Part shown: piece after piece, positions 48,601-60,585 of the stretch
How the letters are laid out: every line of letters begins with the position of its first letter
Position numbering within the stretch: position 1 is the first letter of the stretch
Assembly: GCF_018977255.1 (NCBI RefSeq)
Contig: NW_024704743.1
Coordinates: forward strand, 20,958,001 to 21,022,000
Reading direction: 5' to 3'
Length of the DNA: 64,000 nucleotides
DNA from: Callorhinchus milii
Taxonomy: Eukaryota
Notes under the pieces: generated by a model
Told to the model about the DNA's origin: nothing
Databases searched by the model: none
Seen by the model: the letters and a program-made list of their open reading frames with translations, nothing else
Position numbers and translations under genes: made by a program

Positions 48601-51478
48601 AAACTGTTTTTTAAATGAATCCAGCAGCCTTGCCTCGACTACCCTTCCTGGCAACCAGTCATCAATTACCTTCATTAGGTAAAGAAATACTTCTTGGTGT
48701 TTGTATGAATTTGCCATTTACAATATTAACCTTGTTTTCTCTTGTTCTCTATGATCTTGGTGCATCCAGAAGTAATTGGGCAAGAGTTAGGTGATCTTAA
48801 TCTGCATCTACTATATACTTAAAATATAAATAAAATGTCTGTTTGTGGGACTCTAAGCGCAACTTGCTGCCGTATTTCTCCCACAAAATAGAGTCACTGC
48901 ACTTCACAATATATAATGAAGCGCTTTGAGATATCGCGACGACGTGATAAGGCGCTGTATCAAATGCAAGTATTATTATGTAATATTACCTTACCGAAAG
49001 TGATAAATATTGGGTTCCAAAAGTGTTCCCTCCTGCAGCACTGATATAGTGAAGCTTTTTTCTTTGTCGGAGTTAAGCACAACATTGAAACTAAGTATGT
49101 TACACTGGCTTCTTTTGCTTGGCATTATTTAGCATTCTGACACTCAGAAAGGTTACATTTATTTATCATCTTCTTGGCTTGTAGTCACCACATTTCATTT
49201 TGGAAAATACAATTAAAACAAGTCGGATGCTGCATGTCAACTGTGATGACTTTACTTCAAGCTGGTGAGAAATATATTTTCCTTTGCACTGCAGAAGCAT
49301 GAGGTTTGATTATAAAATTGATAATGCAAACACAGTAAGAGTTGTCAAAGTTCATCCTTTGTTTAAAAAAAAACTTTCCATTTGTACTCTTTCAGTCCTA
49401 CTACATTTTGCTCTTAAGTCTCTGCCAGGACGACTCTTGAATAGGCTACTAAGTGAGAGCAAGTTCATTTATCATTTGGTTTTATTTCTCCTCCCCTCTG
49501 CTTAGTGCCTGTCTTGCAGCTCAGTTGATATCATGGGAATCCCATATTTCAATGCACTATGGATCTAAGCGTTCATACATCAATGCTCTGTAATAACCAG
49601 CCATTCTTTTTAATCATTTCCAGACTTTGCTTCTTCCTCCAACATTTTGAGGTTTAACTTTCTATCGTTTTCATTTTTTATTTCGAGGCCCTAGTCAATT
49701 CACCAATAAACTTGTCCATATTTTCTGCCCTAAACTTGATATCACAATAACAAAGCATTTATTTATATGGTCCCTTTCAATAACAGAATGTCTCATATTG
49801 CTCAACAAATTTAATGGTAGCTTTCCCGAGCAGAGCATTACTGAACAGAATAATGAAATGTAAAGATGTTCACCAAAAGCACGGTTGAAGTATTTAGGAG
49901 GTTTTCAAGGCAGGTAGATTGGTAACAGGGGAAAACGGTTTTGGAAGAGCCCTCCAGATGAGACCGGCATGATGGTTGAAAGCGTGACTAGAAATGCCAA
50001 AGGGAAGGAAATGAGGAACAGACCAGAGCTGGGAGAACAGAGATTATGAGCTGGAATGTAAAGTTGGGGATTGTTGTATGGACAGCATGGGGGAAAGACT
50101 GTGGAGAGATTTAATCTACATCTCTGAGGTATTGGGGACGATTGACCTTTAGCAAAATTGGAGACTCTGGGTGTACCGAGTCTTATACATGAGAGCAATT
50201 CCACTACATTTATGAATTAGTTGAAGTTTCTGGACTTGGAATTTCTATCTGGTTCCAGATTCAGCCTACTTTCTTAAATAGCTCATCTCCTAGGAGATAA
50301 TCACAAAATTGATCATCGTATTAGCCGACAAGTACAATATTGAACTCTTACTAAATGAACACCTGGAACTCCAATGAAGCAATATCATGAGAATCATAGC
50401 TGTGCATGAAGTCTGTGAGCACATTGTCACCACAACCAGATCACACAATATTGAATGGTGATTTGACCAAGTGAACGTGGGAAGCTTTAAAAATAGTTGC
50501 TGCGCAAACTGCATACCAACTAGCTATCAAAAGCTGGATATAAAGGCACATGCTCTTGAACCTTGGATAATGCCTTCCAGCAAACATTGTTCCGAACCTC
50601 GGTTTTCTCATCAACTTTTCACTGAACATCTATCTTCAGCCTTGTGGGGTGACCTTTTGTAGGGAAGATTACAAAGTGCCAGTAACCTTGAAGTTCTGGA
50701 AGTTCAGGTTCTACGTCATGTATCAGGATTGCTAATTACCAATGGCTAAATCTAGTACTCATGTAAAAGGATTTTGCAATGAAGCAAGCTCACTGTGAAG
50801 CTGACTCTGCCTCCTATGCAGCTGTTTTCTTTTTTACTGCAGTTTGACTTCACACTGTGGTCATGGATCTCACACAAGGGCTGTAGGAAAGCTTTCTGCA
50901 GCATTGTAAGAGTTTCAATCCAAGAAGAACTGAACATACAATTTATACGCAGCAACCTAACCTGCATTGGGACTTTGCAAGAGACAAAAAAAGCAAAGTG
51001 CTCTTTGTCCTGAGTCCTGCAGAACTATTTCCATGCAAATTACCATCGACCAGGGCCACTAGATATAAATATGAACCAACAACTGGGGAGGGTATTCACG
51101 TATCTTTCAATCAATACCATCAAATAGCTTGAGACATGCAGAGCCACAGTTGTACACTTGGAGGAGGGCATTGCCACTGGTTAGCCTGTTGTTTGAGACA
51201 GTGAGTGGAGTGCATTCGATACCCAGCTGAATCTTCTTCAAAGGTCAGAATCACCATGTTCATAGTTAATGCTGGAATGATTTTGAAAACTTGAGGATTT
51301 GAAGCAGGCTAGACTGTTATGACAAAGACACAGGATTCCCATTATACTACAACCCCCACCCCCACAAAACCCACCTTGTTAAGAACATATAATGTTCACC
51401 CTCATCTATCATGATGCTGGGTTCATTTTGCAATTATGTCACAGCAAACCTAACAGTCATCTGTTACACCCTCTCCTC

Positions 51479-51836
51479 GTGGCGTCCTGTGGTTAGGGCA
51501 CTCGTCGCATAAACTAGAGACCTGGGTTCGATTCCCGGCAGGGTGAAATATTGGGCAAATTCCTTACTCCACACACCACCGTTTACCAAGCAGTAAGTAG
51601 GAACCCAGTTGTTAGTCAATTGCATGATTGCTTTTCCGGGGGTAATAATTCCTTCAAAAAATAATAATAAATCGATCACTCAATCCATGACTGTTTGTGG
51701 GACACTGCTGTGCTCAATTGGCTGCCGCGTTTTGCCCACAAAATATACAGTCAATTCACTTTACAGTATATTCTGTGAAGCACTTTGCGACATCTCGTAC
51801 ATGGGATAAGGAGCTATATCAAATGCAAGAATTATT
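51479..51836 (+). mobile_element. Family B SINE, long form
   Basis: B box ggttcgattcc; gtttaccaagcagtaagtaggaaccc; tail. Confidence 0.9.
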
Positions 51837-52162
51837 AAGTGGCAGGAAAAAAAGTACAGTATTCCCAAGAGAACAGCAGAATTTGATTGATTATGGTGGC
51901 TGAGGTTCTGTTTGCAAACATTTAAATTTTAATTGTGGTGAATTGCATTTATTTAAAATCATTACGCATGGGGAGTTTTTCCAATAAGTAATAATAGGTC
52001 AGTATTTCACTAAGGATTGTGGAGCATGAGAATTACCGCTTTTGAGACAGGAAGTCTGAACTTATAATCTTCAGAACAGAACCTCAGGAACAATAAAACT
52101 TAAAGTTAATGAGCCAACCTCTAATTTTGGATTCACTTATACTCTCAAGTTAATAATGTATG

Positions 52163-52400
52163 ATAATAATCCTTGCATTTGATATCAGTCCGTATCACAT
52201 CGTCGACAGAATATAGTGGAAAGTGGATTGACTGTATATTTTGTGGACAAAACGCAGCAGCCAATTACACGCAGCGGTGTCCCACAAACAGTCATGGTTT
52301 GAGTGACCAAATTATTTTTTTTGAAGGGATTATTACCCCCGGAAAGCGATCCGCCAATCGACTTAACAACCGGGTTCCTACTTATCGCAAGGTAAACAGA
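52163..52400 (-). mobile_element. Family B SINE, long form, 5'-truncated
   Basis: Tail taataatccttgcatttg through ggtaaacaga. Confidence 0.88.
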
Positions 52401-52827
52401 AGCTCTATCGTATCCCTCTCATCCACCGCATTATAAAATTTAGATTTCCATTACCAGACAATATATTTTTCATATCGATTGGCAGGATTTACCCCCAAAA
52501 AGATGATCAGCAGCATTAACTTCCCTCTGATTTGCTGCGTGTTCGAAATGAATACCAATGAACTGGCAAACTTAAAAACCTGGTCCCTAAGTTGTGAAGT
52601 GGAGTCAGTCTGGATGGAGTTCTTTTTTTGTAAAAAAAAACAAGGGAACCGACCAGAAAAGATGGCTTTTAAATAAGTAATGTGCCAGCTACAAAAAAAA
52701 ATAAGAACATGTAAGATAATTGTGTGTGTGTGTGTGTGTCTGTAAAAAAAAAAGACTCAACGATGCAAAATCTTGTGGGGAAAAGACTGGCTAAATAATT
52801 TGGAACAAATTCTTGCCTGTCCCACAG

Positions 52828-52893
52828 AAGCACTTTCAAGTGTTCCCACCCGGTAGAGGTGTCCCAGAAAGAGCAGAGGATTCTGCAATTGCG
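52828..52893 (+). other. Candidate 66-bp exon, or 3' end of an alternative first exon
   Basis: Acceptor ttcttgcctgtcccacag; donor GCG/gtgagt; unique sequence; two open frames. Confidence 0.4.
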
Positions 52894-53039
52894 GTGAGTT
52901 TTGTTAACCATGGATTGCAACACAGAAACCCTCACGCAATGTCACGAACTGAACACTGGACCTTGCAAATGTGAGGAAGCTCTGCTCTGCTCTCTCGTCT
53001 CATGCACAGTGCAGATTTATTCCCCCTTCTTCTTTCCCA

Positions 53040-53241
53040 CTCCCCTCCCTCCCTCCCCAGTTGCAAATGACAAGGGCCTTTCTCTACCCCGTGCATCTCA
53101 GCCTGGGATGACGCAGTCTTAAATCTGCAGCCGATGTTAGTGTGTTAATAAGAGGGAGAGAGAGAGAGAGAGGGAGCGCTGGATGTGGTTGAGAGGCTTT
53201 GAGAGCAGCAGCAGTAGCCCCTCTGTGTAGCTGCTGCTCAG
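53040..53241 (+). promoter_or_regulatory. Putative promoter and non-coding first exon
   Basis: Pyrimidine tract, CRE-like tgacgca at about 53109, (GA)n tract, consensus donor CAG/gtgagt after 53241; no retroelements from 52.4 to 55.8 kb. Confidence 0.5.
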
Positions 53242-53321
53242 GTGAGTGAGTGAGTGAAGGGAGTGAAGGGAGTGAGTGAGTGAGTGAAGGGAAGGTGCTG
53301 AGAGCAGAGTAGAGACAGCAA

Positions 53322-53692
53322 CACCCCCTCCACCCCCCCACCCCATACACACCCCCCCACCCCATACACACCCCGCCCCACACACCCCCCCACCCCATAC
53401 ACACCCCACACCCCATACACACCCCCCACACCCCCACACCTCACACACCCCCCACCCCACACACACCCCCCACACCCCCCACCCCATACACACCCCACAC
53501 CATACACACCCCCCATCCCATACACCCCACCACCCCATACACACCCCCCACACACCCCCCACCCCATACACACCCCCCACCCCATACACCCCCCCACACC
53601 CCCCCAACCCTCACACACCCCCCCCCACACCCCACACACACCCCCATACCCCCCCCCCCCCCCACACCCCCACCCCACATACCACCCCCCAC
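53322..53692. repeat. C-rich low-complexity repeat (ccccatacacacc-like units)
   Basis: Directly visible. Confidence 0.95.
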
Positions 53693-54017
53693 ACAGAGCT
53701 TGGGCGGGTCCCCTGACTGCAGTCTTGGCGTGAAGTGAGTGAGTGAGTGGCACTGACAGCGGCTACTGTGAGTGACAAGCTGCCAGTCAGAGGGAGGGAG
53801 GGAGGGAGGGAGTGACAGACTGGGACGAGCGAGAGAGAGAGAGAGAAGAGAAGAGGAGAGGAGAGAAGAGGAGAGGAAAGCAAAGAGTGAAAGAAGATAT
53901 CCTGTGAGAAGCTGCTTCCCCGCAGAGCAGAGCTGAGCTGCTGACTTGACACAACCACTGTCTCACTCTCTCACTCTGACTCTCTTTTTCCTTCCCTCCC
54001 AACTCCACACACAGCAA

Positions 54018-54484
54018 AACCCCCCCAACCCCAACCCAACCCCCCAACACCAACCCCCCAACCCCCCCAACCCCCCCCCCAACCCCCCCAACCCCAACCC
54101 CCCCCCCCCCAACCCCCCAACCCCCCCCCCAACCCCAACCCCCCCCCCCCAACCCCCAACCCCCCCAACCCCCCCCAACCCCACCCCCCAACCCCAACCC
54201 CCCCCAACCCCAACCCCCCCAACCCAACCCCCCCCCAACCCCCAACCCCCCCCAACCCCAACCCCCCAACCCCCCAACCCCAACCCCCCCAACCCCAACC
54301 CCCCCCCCCCAACCCCCCAACCCCCCCCAACCCCAACCCCCCCCCCCCCCCCCCCCAACCCAACCCCCCCCAACCCCAACCCCCCAACCCCAACCCCCCA
54401 ACCCCCCAACCCCCCCCAACACCAACCCCCCAACTCCAACCCCCCAACCCCACCCCCCCAACCCCAACCCCCCCCCAACCCCCC
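54018..54484. repeat. (C3-12 AA)n low-complexity tract
   Basis: Directly visible; almost only C and A on the + strand. Confidence 0.95.
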
Positions 54485-54490
54485 GCACAG

Positions 54491-54630
54491 GATTACACAC
54501 CAAGTCCGGCATCAGTGTGAGAGGAGGGGGGAGGCAGACACCATCCAGGCGGAGGGTATGTCTGGCAACAGGGTCCAGTTTGCGGGACTGCCACCTCTCG
54601 GGGATGGGAAAGACGGCCACAAAGTAGCAA
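54491..54630 (+). CDS. Candidate start-codon exon; ATG at 54558 gives MSGNRVQFAGLPPLGDGKDGHKVA...; gene not identified
   Basis: Acceptor ccccgcacag/G; donor CAA/gtaggt after 54630, or TAG/gtattt after 54634; G at -3 of ATG; high-complexity GC-rich island between low-complexity tracts. Confidence 0.6.
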
Positions 54631-54869
54631 GTAGGTATTTTTTGATATATTTTTAAAAAAAAACACCTTCCCCCCCCCCCCAAAAAAAAAAAATCTCCCC
54701 AAACAAACCCCACCCCGAACTTCTCGCTGTGCTCGGGCTCCCGCACGTGGCTCTGTCGGTGAGAGAGAAAAAAGAAACAGGTAAATAAATAAATGATGTC
54801 CGTGACCTTGTCTCACTCCGCCTGAGCCCTCGTTCGGGACGGACAGCGCAGCGTATGTGTGTTATGCGT

Positions 54870-55345
54870 GTGTGTGTATATGTGTGTGCATGTATGTATA
54901 TGTGTGTGCATGTATGTATATGTGTGTGCATGTATGTATATGTGTGTGCATGTATGTATATGTGTGTGCATGTATGTATATGTGTGTGCATGTATGTATA
55001 TGTGTGTGCATGTATGTATATGTGTGTGCATGTATGCGCATGTCTATGTATGTGTGCGCGCGCACGCGTGTGTGTATGTGCCCGTGTGTATATGTGCGTG
55101 TATGTATATGTGCGCGTGTGTATATGTATGTATGAGTATGCGTGTGTGTATGTATGCTTTGTATGTGTGTATGTCTGTGTGTATATGTGTGTTTATCTAT
55201 GTGTTGTGTATGTATGTATATAGTGTATGGTGTATATGTCTTGTGCGTATATATGTGTAGTGTGTATGTGTTTTCCACATATGTGTGTGTGCATGCATGT
55301 ATGGTGTGTGTGGTATATGTATTGTGTGTGTGTATGTACGGTGTA
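54870..55345. repeat. 20-bp tandem repeat (tgtgtgtgcatgtatgtata, about 8 copies) decaying into (TG/TA)n
   Basis: Perfect 20-nt period across about 54873-55036. Confidence 0.97.
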
Positions 55346-55799
55346 TGTTTCTGGCTCATAGGCAGTATATTTGATGTCGAACACCTCCAACTAACTCACT
55401 TTACTGTGTTTAATATGGAGGAATCGCCTGCAACTGGGTGAATATTCCTTTTCTCTTCAATGACAAGTTAACATTTTCCTCAGCGCTGCTTATCTAAAGT
55501 TTTCAATCCTGTGGCACGCAGTGACCAAACATACCATGTAAATAAATTGACGATTTTAATATTGTTATAGTTCCCACGTTCTGTCTGAATGTTGCATTGG
55601 TTCACGTGGGATACTTTGACATGAGTGCAGTATGTTTAAAAACCTATTATCTCACATGGAATTAATTGGTGTGATTTAAAAAAAAACATTTGGGTCAAAC
55701 CAGATGGACTATAATGGTCTTTCTGGTCCTGTACAATCTTATGTTGCCAAGCATACATTATTACAACGTTTTAAAGTCTATCATTTTTTGATATATTCT

Positions 55800-56065
55800 G
55801 CTCCTGTTCTCTGGAACTCCATTCTGGGCAACCTGCGCCTTGACCCCCTCCCTCCCCACCTTTAAAGTTCTGCCTTAAGACCAAAATTTTCAACCACGTT
55901 TTCATCACCTTCCTCAGCTCCCCCCCCTTCCCCCCCCCAACCCAACACTACCTCACTCAAGCTCCGCCACTCCCAGCTCGGGCTCCCATTCAGCTGTCTG
56001 AAACACTTTGAGCATCCTGTTGCTGTGAAATGTGCTATCTAAATGTAAATTGTTGTTGTTATTTA
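55800..56065 (+). mobile_element. L2 3' end fragment
   Basis: ctctggaactcc...ccttaagacc...gtgaaatgtgctatctaaatgtaaattgttgttg. Confidence 0.75.
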
Positions 56066-56601
56066 TTGAGATACATGATGTACATTAATAAAAGCATTTC
56101 TTTTATATTATCAAAGTAATAGACATTTTTGTGACTATGCACATGAAATGACTAACATCTTTGCTATCTTTTCTCACATTGTGCCTCTATACTGGTTAAA
56201 TACCAGTCACTTTAAATGATGCAAGGCAAGCTAAGTACCAAAATACTGCATTGCAATAAGCAAATAACTATAGCTGCTTTATTCATTTTAAAAAAAGGTT
56301 AATTTTTAGTTATAGTTATTCTTCAAGCTTACTTGAATCTATGCTTTTGTTACTTCAGCTGTCTAGTTAAATGCTTTTGGTAAAAAATAGGCCTGGTAAT
56401 GGATGTGTTAACATATTGATGAAAAAAGTGGTCAGTTAATGTATTCATTGTTTACTGGACTTGGCAATGTACTGGAGGCAAACCCACTGCCTTTCGCCCA
56501 ACACAGTTTACATTGGTTGTGCCCGAAAGCTATTGGAGCTATGGAAAAGGACATTGCAGTCGTAGTGGGATCCAATTTTAACTAATCAAAATCCTAAGGA
56601 T

Positions 56602-58042
56602 CAACAACAACAAAATTACATTTTTCACATTGGGAGGATGTCTCAAGGTGCTGGATAGTTAAGGGTCAGGACCTGAGCATGGGGGAGGGGTGGGGTAGGG
56701 GTGAGGGAAGGCAGAGAGATGGGAGGGCGATCGAAGACACGATCGAAGAGTAGGGTCTTGAGACCGGCCTTGAAGGAGGCAAAGGAGGAAGAGAATTGAA
56801 GGACTGTGGGATGGAGTTCCAGAGTGTGGGGGCAGAGAGGCTGAAAGCTCAGCCACTGATGGTAGGGTGGGTTGGGCAGAAGACATGGAGCAGGCCGGAG
56901 CCTGATGAATGGAGGGAGTGGGTAGGTTGGTAGGGAGTCAACAGGTCAGAGAGGTAGGAGGGGGCAAGGCCATGGCCTTGAAAGTGAGAACGAGGATCTT
57001 GAATGTGATCCTCTGGGGGATGGGGAGCCAGTAGAGTTGGGCGAGGGTGGGAATGATGGGGTCACGGAGCCTGGTGTGCGATAGTACATGAGTTGCAGAG
57101 TTTTGGATGAACTGAAGCTTGAGAAGGGAAGAGTTTCGATGGCCGATGAGGGAATTTCCTTATCGAGCCTTGATGTGACAAATGCATGGGTGAGGGTTTC
57201 GGCAACCTGAGGGGTGAGGCAGTGACGGAGTCTGGCAATGTTGCGGAGGTGGTGGTAGTCAATGCCGGTCATGGCGTGGATGTGGGGGAGAAAGGACAGT
57301 TCAGGGTCAAACAAGACACCCAGGTTCCTGACTGGCTGAGTGAGGTTGAGTGTACAGCCATGGATGATAATGCTACCAGTGCCGAAGGTGCGGAGGCATT
57401 GGCGTGAGCCAATCAGGAGGGCCTTGGTCTTGCTGATGTTCAGCTGGAGAAAGTTGTCTCTCATCCAGGACTTGATGTCAGACAAGCAGTTGGTCAGGTC
57501 CTCAGTTGCCCTGGAGTTGAGAGTGGAGGCAGAGAGATAGAATTGGGTATCATCCGCATACATGTGGAAATTTACTCCATGTTTGTGGACGATGTCACCA
57601 AGGGGGAGCATGTAGAGGGTGAAGAGGAGGGGACCGAGGACAGAGTCCTGAGGGACCCGCACGAGCGCATGCGGGGGCTGGAAGAGAAGCCGTTTGCTGA
57701 GACGAAGTGGAGGCAGTGTGAAAGGTAGGACCTGAACCAGTCAAGAACAGAACCTTGGAGGTTGAGGTGGGAGGAGAGGCGGTGGAGGAGGATTGAGTGG
57801 TCCACGGTGTCAAAAGCGGCAGAGAGATGAGGAGGCAGAGGGAGCCCTGGTCACACATAGTCAGGATGTCATTTGTGACTGTGGGCAGCACGGAAACATG
57901 ATTGGAGGGGCTCGTGGAAGGAGTGGGAGGAGAGGAAAGAGTGAAGCTGGGAGGCAACAGCTCTCTCAAAGACCTTGGACAGAAAAGAGAGGTTGGAGAT
58001 GGGCCGGTAGCTGGATAGCTGTGTTGGGTCAAGGAAAGCTGG
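56602..58042 (-). mobile_element. L2 LINE with RT domain, intermediate age
   Basis: [42 protein letters not shown]...[20 protein letters not shown] in one frame. Confidence 0.95.
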
Positions 58043-58220
58043 TAATAATAATAATAATAATCCTTGCATTTGATATAGCACCTTATCATGTTGTTGAGAC
58101 GTCTCAAAGTGCTTCACAGAATATATTGTAAAGTGGATTGACTGTGTATTTTGTGGCTGAAACCCAGGTCATGATGCTTGCGAGACGAGGTTGCTAACCA
58201 CCACGATACGGGACTCCACA
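58043..58220 (-). mobile_element. Family B SINE with internal deletion (head joined to tail)
   Basis: Tail to tgtggctgaaac, then directly ccaggtc...cgggactcca head. Confidence 0.75.
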
Positions 58221-59099
58221 ATTGCTAACTAACAGTCCAACAGCTTTTTGTTTTGGACAGCTAGATATCTGACACATGCTGAAGCTCATCGTCAATATCC
58301 AAACCAGGTACATTATATATGCCATCCACATGGAAATTTACCTGTATCTAGAATGGAGCACACACATTCCCTTGGAGGGACACACCCTGTATACGTAATT
58401 CAGAAGAGTTATTAAGTGCTGGTTGGTAAGAGGCAAGGCTTGGAGTCCCCGGAGTTTGATTTGGTGCAATGCTGAGTTTAACCATCTGAAACCACATAGT
58501 TTGTTATTGAGAGCACTCAATGGCAAACTACTTGTCCAACTTAGCTTTTAAGGCTTGTTGGCTTAATAAGAGCTGAGTGGCAAGAATTCCTGTTCCCAGT
58601 GACTGTTCCTACCCTCCAAAAGCTGCTGATGAACCAGGCTGGCTGTGCTGACATCCGCAGTGCCCTGGAGTACTGCGGACCCACCTGGTTCAGGAACCAG
58701 ACTACAGAGCCTGAACAACGGATTGACTCAATTCTGACATTCCGTGGCCGAGCATATCACCTTGGACCCAGTTCAGCTCCATGGAGACCCCGCTTACCAT
58801 CTCCCCTACCCTCAGGAGAACAGTCTCCAATGGCTTCAGAGTTCAACAATTGTGAATGAAGTTGGTGGGGGTGGGGGGGGAGGGATCTGGTTCAGTTCCG
58901 TGGATAACTTTTGGTTGCTTTATTTTGACAATGTGTTATCCGTTAGATTTCATAATTTTCACCTCACTGATTCACAATTGCATGCTCTTGTGATTCAAAC
59001 TGACTGGAGGTTGAACAGTACTTCCCTAATGCTATGCTCATGCATAGCAGACCAAATGCAGTCAAAATTCGTGTTAATCTATTGAATAAAGAACATAGA

Positions 59100-59480
59100 A
59101 ATTTACAGGATTTACTGTAAATTGTAGGGATGGTGCATTGTGTAGGAGCATGAAGCAGCTAATGTGGGCACAGCAATGTCCGACAAAACAGCTAGGAAGT
59201 GAATGACCAATTTTACCATGAGAATTGTTATCCAGGATACCGGGAGAAACTCCTCTTTTTGAATCGTGCCTTGGGATCTTTAATGCAGCTGAACAGGCAG
59301 AAAGGGCCTCTTATTTAATGTCTCATCTGAAGGACAGCACCTCCAACAATGCAGCTTTAATACAATAAATATGTATTAAAATATCAGTTTACACTATATG
59401 AGTCAAAGTTCCAATGTGATACTTGAACCCACAACCTTTTGCCTCAAAGGCGAGAATGCCACCAGCTGAGCCAGGCTGCT
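59100..59480 (-). mobile_element. Family A Deu SINE
   Basis: Deu core and head cttgaacccacaacctttt...ctgagccaggctg. Confidence 0.85.
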
Positions 59481-60269
59481 AAAGGTTCACGTTCATGCCA
59501 AAGAATGATCGAAGAACTTTCAAAAGACCATATTCTAATGTTAAAGACTAGGACACTTGACCAGCTCTCAAAATCACAAAAACTAATTCCAGATTTCAGA
59601 TATCTATACTTATGTCGATGCTATTTCTTTAACCGGCCATGACCAGTGGACTGAAGATTGAGGAGTAGAAATCGGGCTTCCTGCCTTACATTAGATACCT
59701 TCGCTTCCAGCATTATAAACATGCCAAAACCCTAGTACTTTTGTAGAGTTATTACTTCCCTTGCCCCTTCAAGTTAGCCTAGGTTGCAGAGGCTGCAATT
59801 ACTGTGGTCAGAACTAGCATGAATGCGCTAATGTCACTTTTTAAAATAGATTCTCAGTTTAAAAAATACATCCTTCAACATTTGAATCAAACCTGCAATC
59901 TTACAATATCGACAAAATGAGACTGGATTATTTAGAGGTTGAAAATGTCCTTTGTCAGTTTTGCTCTCATCTGTGCTTGCGTGACCTCAACCTCTGCTTT
60001 TGCATTCTGGAAGCTGACACTTCAAGAGGCTGCATAATCTGCAAGAATTGCTCATTTTTTCATTATCTTTTCAAATAGATTTAAACTTAATGGTGGTGAG
60101 ATAGATTTCTCTCACCGAAACACATAGGTTATTTTCTACGATCTTGACATCTTTTTACCTAACCATCAATGTGCTTTTTCTACCTGTGACCTCACATACA
60201 CGTTTACTTGGAAATCTATGCAGTTGTGATATGATAAGTTTTAAAAACCCTACCAACCTGCTTTTCCCT

Positions 60270-60585
60270 CTGTGAGGAGGCACTATCTTGCTTCACAACC
60301 CCCGCCCTACCCACCCATCATCAGCAGTCAGGCCTTCAGCCTATTCTCCCCTACTCTCTGGAATTCCATCATTTGCCTCGTAGCTTCTCTTGTCTCTTCA
60401 AGGTCTGTCTCAAGACCCTCCTCTTTGACCACATTATCAGTCATCCTGCCATCCCCACCCCTATCGGCTTCCACCCCTCCCAAATCCAATCTGCAGCTTA
60501 GGTGCAAACCCTCAGCTGTCCAGTGCTTTAGGACATCCTCCTTTATGAAAGGCGATATATAAATGCAATTTATTATTATTGATGA
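60270..60585 (+). mobile_element. L2 3' end fragment
   Basis: IISSQAFSLFSPTLWNS; tail gaaaggcgatatataaatgcaa. Confidence 0.8.

Noticed and set aside
50330..50640. Possible Rex1/RTE-type LINE relic on the minus strand
   Set aside because: Only vague similarity across several stops; cannot be supported without an HMM search.
54018..54484. C4A2-like tract as telomeric sequence
   Set aside because: Irregular C-run lengths and no vertebrate TTAGGG/CCCTAA units.
53084..54746. Long Gly/Trp/Val- and Pro/Asn/Thr-rich ORFs (up to 319 aa)
   Set aside because: Translations of C-rich low-complexity tracts that lack stop codons by composition.
54873..55036. Regular 20-bp repeat as a possible CRISPR array
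   Set aside because: Head-to-tail with no unique spacers, no cas genes, eukaryotic context.
54653..55441. Cys/Val/Tyr- and His/Thr-rich ORFs resembling metal-binding proteins
   Set aside because: Translations of the (TG/TA)n and 20-bp tandem repeats.
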